Source: Phoronis australis (taxonomy: Eukaryota > Animalia > Phoronida). Taken from it: a DNA stretch of 34,849 nt. Every line of letters begins with the position of its first letter. Positions within the stretch are counted from its first letter, which is position 1. A program made the position numbers and the translations under genes. Shown here piece by piece: positions 12,471-22,558 of this stretch. The stretch spans positions 38,294-73,142 of the forward strand of contig NMRA01000916.1 in the NCBI GenBank assembly GCA_002633005.1, written 5' to 3'. The notes under the pieces are model-generated. The model searched no databases. It saw nothing but the letters and a program-made list of their open reading frames with translations, and was not told the origin of the DNA.

Positions 12471-12691
12471 CCTAACCTGGTTCCCGGGCCTCACAACCTA
12501 ACGTCACGGATGGCTTGTGAAGGCCCAGGTACAGGGCACTAGAACGATGGTTTTCATTGGCTGTTAGCTGGCAATTTTTGACCTAACCTGGTTCCCGGGC
12601 CTCACAACCTGACGTCACGGATGGCTTGTGAAGGCCCAGGTACAGGGCACTAGAAAAATGGTTTTCATTGGCTGTCAGCTGGCAATTTTTA
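12471..12691 (+). repeat. Two-copy tandem repeat, 111-bp period, each unit with an imperfect hairpin
   Basis: Units start CCTAACCTGG at 12471 and 12582. GGGCCTCACAA pairs imperfectly with TTGTGAAGGCCC. Confidence 0.9.
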
Positions 12692-14578
12692 ACCAGGAAG
12701 TTTGTTCTGCGCATGCTGTCATCCGGTATTACGTTATCAGGTCGCTAGGTGTCGCCAGAGTAAAAAGTTATTTTGCGACTGGGTCGCGTTTGCGGTCGCG
12801 TTTGCCCCTCTCTCCGTGGTTCGAGTCCATGCGTGTAGAGATCACACGTACCAGGCAGTAGCACGCGCTTTATCATTGGTTGATGTAACCGCGGCAGTCA
12901 TTGGTTAGCTTTACAAAGAAAAATGGCTGACAATGAACGATTTTTAGCCTTGTCATGCAAGTGGCGTAGCAACTATTTCGTTTCTGCAGTAATGTTTCGT
13001 AATAGCCGCGTGCTTGAAGCGCATACACGTAATGTACAATAAACACGTGCACGTCACTAGATCTGGCCGATTTAACTGGTGTGTTATTCATACTGTATTA
13101 ATAAAGGATAGCAACGTCAACAAAAGTCAGCGACAGTAGAAAGATGCACTCCGAAGGCGCAACCACAATTTTCTGGGATTCACATTTCTTGAACATGAAT
13201 TCACAGGCACCGATTTGTCGGTACAGCAGTCCACATTTACACTTCCTCCATCATGCAGTCATGCCAGTTTGTTTGCGTAAAGCGCTACCTGTTGAAAATT
13301 TGACCAGCCAATCAGAAACGCCGGTGTAAAAAAAATTCCCGAGAAAAAATAAGTGATACCTGCGTGCTGGTTACCACATAGCGGCACACAGGGAGCCAGC
13401 GAGGGTCTACTCCGTAAGCTCAGATAAGGCAACCTGTCTTGTGCTGTCTTCAGTAAATATAAATTATCATAACATAGTCAAAATTGGTCGGTAAGTTGAA
13501 GACAGAGGTGGTATGTAACAAGGTATCAGATATTGCGCGCTGATGTTACTATTTAGTACCACAACAGATGAATAAAGACTAAAATTTTCGGGAACTATGT
13601 AGACGAACTTGTGCTGAGTTAGCGCATGCGCAATTCTCCACCCCCACAGAAATTAAGCCCCCGGCCCCCGTCAAATTATAAAACACTCGTGGGTGGTGCA
13701 TAGGAGCGCATGCTTAGTGTTCTCTTATCCAGCGTAAACGAAGCTTGAGGCTACGATCGGAGAATAGGGCTTATCCGAGGTCATTTTCCTGGTCAATGCA
13801 CGAGTCAGGTAACTTCAAACGTTCAAGCTATATATTTTCGTGCTACATAATTCCTTGCCCACAAAGATTTTAAAAAATGTGGTTTCATACATTAAAACTA
13901 AGTGTGTTAGAACCATTTGAGGAAACTTGGCGTGGCCCTTGGTAACGAAAGTGTGCGTATCCATAACGCTTTACTTTAGCCAATGTTACCACTTGACATG
14001 AGGGCGCTGCGAAGGAAGGTACATGTTGATTTGGGTATATTTACTTTAAATGATTTCGGTTTGGCGTTTCTCAAAGACATTAACATGTTGTTCCACGAAT
14101 TCCTTTCTTGATCCTGCAACTGTCATAGTGTTGAAGTTTAATTTTCTTTAGTTCGCTTTTTGTAACGGCTGAAACCTCCCCCTTTGCCGGCCGCCACGTA
14201 AAAACTCAAGTTGTTAATTTAGACCACTTACTCGGCAATGAAACTGGTATCAAATGGTTTCTTAATCAAAACAAGTGTGATTTCAAGGCTTGAAAGAATT
14301 GGCAGTTTTGTCTGCTTGAAATCAGCCTACACAAACTGACTTGTCTTGTCGCGCCGTGTCATTTGTCGTCGGTACACGATCTGGAGGAATAACTTTTAGT
14401 AACTGTCAGTTCTTCACCAGGCCAAAATCACTTGTTAACTAAGTAATAATTTGGGACTACTTTTATGGCGGTGAAGATGGTATAACCCAAATTTTAGTTT
14501 ATTCAACTGAGGGAGCGCAGGTTTATACGCCTTTGTCATGTTGTTTACGGCATTTAAGGTTCTACCAGCATACGTTTA

Positions 14579-17305
14579 ATGTGTCATCGTGCAGCATTCC
14601 TACTAGGCCTACTACTATGCTCCAAGCTTTCCGTACATGTAGGTCGTCAATTTTGCACTGAGAGGTGCAAAGCCTGCTTCACACAAACTAGTGAGAGAAA
14701 GTGAGCCAGTTTCTCAAAATTTGACGACATTCTACAGAATGCTCCCACCGACGTCACGGAACTCGTGATTGGAGCAAACGACGCAGCAGATATTTGGATT
14801 CCGGGCTGGGATAACAAAAAAACATCGTATTTCTGCACGGAACAATCACTCAGAGACAGATCCTTTGCAAAATTTCAACAGCTGCATTTATTGAAATTGA
14901 ACTTATGTGGTGTGCTTCGCGCTAATGCGAACTTCTTGTCTGGTGTGGAAGGAGTACGAGAGATTCAACTGATTTTGAGAATGCGCCATGTGAATTTTTA
15001 CAACGTAAGCTGTTCAGAATTGTTTAGATCGATGGGAAATTTAAACTCACTAACATTCATTTCTAGTTATTCAAGTACCTGCGACGTCTCGGCGATTGTG
15101 AGCAACAAACCACACCTTACAAAACTTAAATTGGGAAGGAATCTGAATGTTCGTAAACCAATTAAACATGGCAAATTGCAAAAACCGGATTTGTCAAATT
15201 TGAACTTATCTCCGCAGAAAATTCCGGATCCGTCATATTTGTTTAATTTGGAAGAAATTATTATGAAGTTCACAATTATCTCCAATTTTTCCATCGACAA
15301 TCCGTTTGCTGCAAAGCACATACGACTCTTCATGGGTCTGAGGACAGAACCAATAATAAAGAAACAAGAATTCGACAACTACGCTTCCCTGGATTCCTTT
15401 GAAATAGTCTACGAATATAAAGAGCCACTTAAAGTAGAAGACGGTTGCTTTGATGTGTTGTCGCGTCACAATGTAACGCTGCGTAAACTAGAGATCGCTT
15501 ATAGAGGGCAAAGTTCTCCACATACACGTAGAAGGCCACTCTTTCTTGCTACTTTAAAAAGACTTTTGGCAAATTTGTCAGAATGTAATGTGAACACACT
15601 TACATTAACATATGATGTAATCTACCTCAAGGATACCGAGACTTCCAGTCTTTGGAGCTCTTTCAACCTTACGTATCTGCGCCAACTGAACCTCAGTTTC
15701 CACTTGATGATGTTGCCCCAGATCTCTTGTCGTCACCTCATCTGGAGTCAATAACTCTTCAATTTTGTGGCATCATCTTTATGCCTATTAATGCGTTTGA
15801 GCATTTGAAACACTTACGATATCTCGATCTATCAGGAAACAAGCTTACCAACCTAGAATATAGTTCTTTGAATCTATTTGAGAGACTCCCAGCGTCTTTG
15901 GAAACTCTTATTATGAAAAGGGTTAGACCACTAAACGCAAAGGAGATGAAAGCGTGTAAGCTAAACGAAAGGCAACGTAGAAAAATACGGTGCGTAAAAA
16001 CTTACCCACACACTGGTAATAAAATTTACTTTCCTAATTTAAGACATCTTGATTTGTCTGAGACTGCTCTGAAGGACGCCTTTTATGTCATAGGTATTGA
16101 GTTTCCAGTCATAAGGCATCTAGTTCTTAAAAACACAGTCATCTGCTGCACGTGCTTATTGCTCTATGTGAGCCAAACACTAGAATCGCTCTCTGTCAGT
16201 GGAAGCCCTGGGATTTTAAAAAAGAATATTAGAAGTCTTAGACAAGGTTTCTACTACTTTTCCGACTCTTAAAAACGTTGACGTGAGCGAGAATTCACAG
16301 TACTTCCGTTGGGTCAACAGAAGCCGGCTTTCATTAAAAAGCTTTCGTTTTTTAGAAATAATGCCTGCGATAGAAAAATTGAACGTTTCGTTCAATTCAC
16401 TTTCGGAAATAGATAAGCAATCATTTGCAGCAATGCCAAACTTAACTGTTCTAGATTTGAGTCACAATAGTTTATCGTATATGAATGGTCTTGTGTTTCA
16501 AAATTTGTCTGAGTTAAAATTCTTAAACATTTCGCAAAACAAATTTAAGTGTGATTGCGATTTACGGCCATTTCGAGATTACCTTAAGAAAGCTACTTTT
16601 TACATTAGACAATATCCGTGTTTCTATCCTACATCTATGAAAAAACAATTTATTTCAAACTATAGCCTTCCTTTCTTCGCCTGTGACCATCATCTTGAGA
16701 TGGTAATTGCACCGACTGTCGTCGGCATAGTTTTTCTTGCAATACTCATTCCTGCTCTTCTTATATATTACCGGCTCGATATAAAGTACTGGTGGTATTT
16801 AGGCAGCCGTCAAGTTGGATACCGCCCGCGAGTTGGCAGTGTTTACCTGCATGACGCCTTCGTCTGCTACAGCAGAGCAGAAAGGGTCTGGGTTATCGGG
16901 GAATTAGTCGAACAACTAGAAAATGGCCCGAATGAGCGTTTCCATTTATGTATACGTGAACGGGACTTTGACGTGGACGGTGATATAAGCGAGAACATCG
17001 TCAGAAGTATTAGCTGCAGTAGAAGAGTAATTTTCGTCCTCTCTAGAGAATTTCTGCGCGCTTATTGGAGCGAATTTGACTTGAATATGGCCTTAATGGA
17101 AACCATGGAAAAAAGACGCAACTTTGTAATTCTAATTTTTTTCGAGAATATTCCGAAAAAAGAAATACCGCATCACCTTCGGCGTTTCATGCGTCACGTG
17201 ACCTATGTATCATGGCCCCAACACATAGGTCGTGCACGAGAAATGTTTTGGATGAAACTAAAACTGGCTTTGAGGAACAGAGGAGTTGTCGAGGAAAATG
17301 TTTAG
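14579..17305 (+). pseudogene. Toll-like receptor pseudogene, tandem paralog of 9079-11837
   Basis: Collinear with the upstream TLR from the signal peptide (MCHRAAFLLGLLLCSK) and CTERCKACF through LRRCT, TM and an intact TIR. In-frame TGA at 14702-14704 at a Cys position. Frameshift near 15697-15705 and a +1 A in the A6 run at 16218-16223. Confidence 0.9.
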
Positions 17306-17561
17306 CCCATAGAGGGAGTTATTACTCAACCCCCTCCCCCAAAAAACTTTAAAATTGGTCCGAGCTCCTCTGAAGTTCTGATATTTTTTGCTCTACTAAA
17401 AATTGGGACGCCCTGTGTATTATCAAAAGACTTCAGGTTTCCCCACCTTAATTGTGTATCTCATGTGCATGGTATAGCCCTATTTGAGATCTGGCTGATT
17501 CCCCCCCCCGCATCGAAGATCTTTTGTTTGCTCAGCTCCCGACTCTTGCAGCCTGCCTCCC

Positions 17562-17679
17562 GTTCAGTAACGCTAGGACCTCGCTAAAAAGCAAGACTTC
17601 GCGAGATTACGTGAGAAATTGCCGTGTATTTTAAATGATTTTAGCTAGGTCCAAGCGTAGGTCCTAGCGTCTACTGAAC
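17562..17679. mobile_element. Small MITE-like element with ~25-bp terminal inverted repeats
   Basis: The left end GTTCAGTAACGCTAGGACCTCGCT matches the reverse complement of the right end (GTTCAGTAGACGCTAGGACCTACGCT) except for two 1-nt indels. No clear TSD. Confidence 0.65.
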
Positions 17680-20542
17680 CCACGCCTGATGACTGTCAGT
17701 GTCTATAAGAATTTCTTTTGTCAGCATTTCACGTGTGTTTCAGTTTTATTTCCTTGTGCCAGTTACAGAGAAGTACGTGCATGTCTAAACATTTCAATTT
17801 TCCCACCCACTACCTCCCATCACTTTTTGGCACCTTCTCGTACCTCTGTGTTGCGCTGTCTTATTGTCCATCTTGGGTTAGGGCTAGGGTGGCACTAAAT
17901 TGCAAATTTGAAAATGGCGCCTGCAAGCATTAGGTGTGACTAGTATAGAGTTTGTAACTGAAATAGAATCCTATCACGGTGAAGCACGAGACCATGCCCA
18001 ATTCGATTTTTGTTTTTATCCAAACAATGAGAACGAAATGCATGCACATTTAACATTTACCTGAAATTTTCGTTCAGTTGAACACTCATGGTGTTCCTTC
18101 TATGATATCACACACCACATGATCAGCTGAACACTTCATGGGAAAATCTATAATTCAAACTTATTTTCTCCCGACACTGCCGAGACAATTGGTACATTCT
18201 ACTAAGGACACTACCATGTCCACTCAAGGATTCTTGACTTTCACCCATAGAGCCTCTCTGACACCAAAGTCAAACAGGGTGTCAGACTTTTAAGTCTGAA
18301 ACTTCAGTTAAAAGTTGCCTGTCCGTGGTGGCCCAAGTGCTTTTGAGAAACAACGGCAGGAAAACTCAGTTTTTGTGGGAATTAATCAGGTCGGTGATCA
18401 GTCTCAGAAGGAGCCATGTTGCTCTACAACCTTTAGACAAAATTAAAAGTAATTTTTGTATTTCAACACTTGTTCACAAACTGAACTTAAGAAAATAAAA
18501 TTTTGAGCAAAACTTGATTTTATTTGAATGAATTAACAAGTTTATGATAACAAATAAACATGTTTTAAGGTGAAAGTGCCAATAAACAAGACAGGGTTGT
18601 TAGCTTGCATGAATAGAACGCTTCAATGAATGCTCCCCAAAAACCTCCTTCCCATACTCACTTGATTGCTACCGTATGCCCGTATACTGGTATGCCCCAG
18701 CAGATATTTGGGGATGTCATTTTTTGGGCCAATAGTCCAAGTTCAAATACATGCCTGGTAGTATATTACCCCATAACTAACATGCCCTTGAGCCTATATG
18801 CACAGTTAATGTATCCAGAGCTAAATGAAATCATCATGACATCCTCATCAATAGCATTATGGTAACAAAGGTTTCTTCGTTGAATTATTCATGTTGCTAT
18901 AGGTTATGAATTCACGTTCTATGAAACTGGGGAAAGTTTTGCAGTGAATAACTATGCACATTTCCCCCTAAACATAATCCCTGAATGTATTTTCTGAAAA
19001 TTTCCTCGAATATATACAGTGCGTGTAAAAAATAATTTGGCAAAATGACCCAGAATTCTCTACCATGACGACCGAACGCTGGGAAATTTCCCTCACGACA
19101 GCAGAGGTGCTAAAGGAATTTGAGAAATTTCATCTAAGGCATTTCTACATTGTAACATCCACTCTGTTCACACGCTAACGTTATTTCCAATGTATGGTGG
19201 TATAATTGTTGGCATGTAAACACCCAGTGACACCACAGATAATTTGGTGACGTCTAAACAATACAACGGAAAAAACAGGCAATTGGGCACAACAGAATTA
19301 AAAACATGGATCCATATGTTTTTAGGAGCCAGTACGACAATGCAACCATCATACAAAAATAAAACATTGAAAGTGGGTCTCAAAATGTATCGAATTATCA
19401 GCAAATCTCTTGCGCAAAAATTTTTTGAGACACGCGCAATCTGATAACGCTGGAATAAACGTCATCACCTAAAATACAAATTATGAATCAATTAACATGT
19501 TTAGTAAGTTATTTGTGATTTCACCGGATGGTTATAAGCTGACAAGCATCTCACAAAGCATTTGAAAAACAACAGTGGTGTAGATGAAGTCACCGAAATA
19601 AAAATCAGAGTTACTGGAATGATAAGTTATGACCGGGAAATGGAAATTTATCTGTAATGAATACTTCTGGGGTGCATTGTAAGTCCACTAAGCATATTTT
19701 CAGCTTGGTTTATATACAGAAATTGTCTTTACTAGATCAAATGCCCTTAGGTGTACTTTCAGCACCGTCATTATGAAATTATCAACATTATAGAAAAAAT
19801 AATCAAAAGTTTGAATAAAGAAACCAAACTGAGGACTCATGGTCTATTCTCCAAACCCAACGAAACTTAAGACTTGAAACTTAACCAGTCATGCTACATT
19901 ATTTGAGAACAAATTTGCAAGTTTTCTCCAAGCATCGACTGCCCTGCAATTGGCCAATTTTCGAGTTGAGTTTTGACTACAGAGACTGGAGTGGGGCCCA
20001 ATAAGAGAAAATACATGAAATCTATACATGCGCAATCCTACTCTGAAATATGTCATGACTGCATGACACCTGCATGACAACAGTACAATCATTGAAATGG
20101 TGTACAAAAATGTGGATAAGCAGTCACTTTCAAAGTAAGAAACTCTTAGTTGAGGTCATAACCTGACCACGGTTGAGCTTCATTTGTCAACAACTACAGG
20201 GTGCATTCTGGAAACAAAATTCCTGAAACAAAGGGTGAACTTTTTGGCAAAATCATATCTTGGCCGAGAGGGGGAGCAGGTAAAATGTAAAAACTTGTGG
20301 TGGTTACATCTCACTACCACCACAGGCAAAATACCAAACAGAAATAAATAGCTTCAGAAAGCTGAATGTTCATTCTGTATGCAAAGCATTTCCGTTCCTT
20401 CATTACGCAGAACCTTTCTGTTGTCATCCGTTGTCTCCTTCATTGTCTCGCATCTTACTCTAAAAGATGTTGTTTTGAAGCTAGTTTCGTAAATTGTATC
20501 AAAAAAGATATGCTGAGTAAAACATACACAATTCCCAGCTTG

Positions 20543-20668
20543 TCAAGTCGGTAAATACTGTTGCATAATGTCTGTATGTGATCCTGGTCCCCAGTGTAAC
20601 AGATGATCTTGAGGGAGGTATAGACAGACACTGGTCAGCTTGAATACTATGGCTTTGTTGGTTGAACT
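20543..20668 (-). CDS. C6orf62: C6orf62-like protein, terminal coding exon
   Basis: Acceptor TTTTAG, then SSTNKAIVFKLTSVCLYLPQDHLLHWGPGSHTDIMQQYLPT*. This matches the vertebrate C6orf62 C-terminus as I recall it ([26 protein letters not shown]...). Phase 0, 126 nt. Confidence 0.88.
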   Translation of the reverse strand, partial: SSTNKAIVFKLTSVCLYLPQDHLLHWGPGSHTDIMQQYLPT

Positions 20669-20957
20669 CTAAAAGCAAAACAAGGTACAATGCCAAACAT
20701 TTTAAGAAGGTAACAAATTAGAATTTTAAGGGGTTAATCTTGAGGTGGAAAATATAGAAGAGATGACTGTCAAAACACAACTGCACTGAGTAGATATTGT
20801 GGAGATACATGAATTTTTCGACCAGTAGAACCATCACACAAGTGTGGAAAATTTTTTGTTCAGAGTTGGTAAAAATCAATGAAACTGAACTCAAATAAAA
20901 TCTTATGGGTGGCAGAGATTTACACAGAATTTCCATATTCGAAGTGTTATTGCAAAC

Positions 20958-21089
20958 CTTGAGCTGATTTCGATCCACAAACACAAACATGCTCTGTGAT
21001 TTATTATTAACGATGAGACCAGATCTCTCCTTAATCAGTAGACGCATCAACTGGTTCTCATATTCCTCGTTGAAGATTTTAAATTCAGC
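20958..21089 (-). CDS. C6orf62: C6orf62-like protein, penultimate coding exon
   Basis: Acceptor TTTCAG and donor GTTTGC around 132 nt encoding AEFKIFNEEYENQLMRLLIKERSGLIVNNKSQSMFVFVDRNQLK. Aligns with the recalled AKFEFHHGDYEKQ...[22 protein letters not shown] and splices in frame to 20543-20668. Confidence 0.88.
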
Positions 21090-21267
21090 CTGAAACATTC
21101 AAACGTATGGTCAACACTGTTAGCACACATAAAACATCTAGCATTAAACATGATGCTCACAACTGAATTTAATCTAAATCTCTAATTAAAATTTGTCAAA
21201 AGGACAATGATCAAATCTTTACCATTTTGAACAAAGAGAATAAGTTTTTAACTTCACACAGTAATTT

Positions 21268-22558
21268 ACAAGAGCATTGCAGAGCGTTGAAATACTACCG
21301 CGAATGCATTCCAAACTCGTGTGCTTCTAGGGTGTTTATTTTGATATAAAAATGGCCTCTGGATGGTGCAAAAAACTTTGAATACATCAGAGAACATGTA
21401 AATGACACTGTTTTTTTAACAGAAAGCTATTTAACACATTGCACGAAAATCTGTCAAGGACCTTTAGAGAAACAGAGCAAAACGGGAAAAAATGAGATTG
21501 CCACTAGGGGGCAAAGCGTTCATTGGATCCGTCTGAAAGTTGTCGTCTTCTGCTGTCAACTTAATGAATACACATGCTCAATTTAATAAAGATCCTGCAG
21601 AGGGCTTATCAGATACAGCTAAGGGGGCAAAAAACAAAACTACCACTAGGAGGCGACACAGCAATTGAAGTCGGAAAATGATCGTCCACCGTCCTCTTCA
21701 CACTAAGAACTTATAAGCCAGTTTTCACAATCATCCCACGAGCGGTTTGCTTAACAGAGGGCAGATGTTAAAAACAGACAAGAAAACAGTAAAAATGACC
21801 AATAGATGGCACAAAATACGTTAAATTCGTCTAAAAACAGGAAAATGTTACCATTTTTTAAAACACAGCCATTTTCCAAATTTCATGAAAATTCGTCGAT
21901 GGACTTCAGAGAAACCGAGGAAAGCAGAAAAAATGAAATTGCCACTAGGGGGCACAACAGTACTACAATCTGTTAACTTCATAAAAATACATTTGCTATA
22001 TTTAATAAAGATCCTGTAGAGCGTTTAGGAGATACAGCCATTGGCGCAAAACTGCTACTAGGAGGCGCCACAGTAGTCAAAGTCATCAGAAAACCATCGT
22101 CAACCATGCTCTTCATAGTAAAAATATACATGCCAATTTTCACAATCATAGAGTGGTTTGGTTGACAGAGGGATGGACGGCAAAAAACGGACTCAGTAAT
22201 AGTAAAAATGGCCACTAGATGACGCAAAATGCCTCAAATCCATTTAAAAACAGGAGGGTTGCATCACCTCATTAACACATGCCTATGAGCCAAGTTTCCT
22301 GAAAATCGGTTGAGGACCCTTGAAGATACAGAGGCAAACGTAAAAAAACTAAAATTGCCACTAGGGGGCACAACGGTATTTGAGTCGGTCCGCAACTCGT
22401 TGCCCTTTGTCGTCAACACCATGGGAACACATCTGCAAAATTTCAATACAATCTTGCAAGGGGTTAAGGAGATACAGCTGCGGACGCTGGACGCCTGGAA
22501 GCCCAGACAGAGATGACGGCAATATGCACCCACATATAAATATGTGGGTGCATAATAA
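21268..22558 (+). mobile_element. Non-autonomous Helentron/HINE-like element with an internal tandem repeat array
   Basis: Starts ACAAGAG followed by a short imperfect inverted repeat. Central degenerate ~145-bp repeats, GGACG-type microsatellite remnants, and a terminal perfect 14-bp hairpin TATGCACCCACATA-TAAA-TATGTGGGTGCATA (22523-22554) followed by an A/T end. Confidence 0.7.
21501..22369 (+). promoter_or_regulatory. Array of seven co-oriented CTCF-like motifs
   Basis: CCACTAGGGGGC at 21501, 21942 and 22358; CCACTAGGAGGC 21643; CCAATAGATGGC 21799; CTACTAGGAGGC 22055; CCACTAGATGAC 22212. Motif match only; binding is not shown. Confidence 0.5.

Noticed and set aside
14702-14704. TGA at a Cys position as selenocysteine
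   Set aside because: The gene also has two frameshifts and I could not identify a SECIS. A nonsense mutation is simpler.
15697-16223. Two frameshifts that compensate in frame
   Set aside because: The intervening frame hits a stop at 15752-15754, so no read-through product.
21501-22369. CRISPR-like repeat-spacer array
   Set aside because: Eukaryotic context, repeats too short and degenerate, spacers homologous to one another, and no cas genes.
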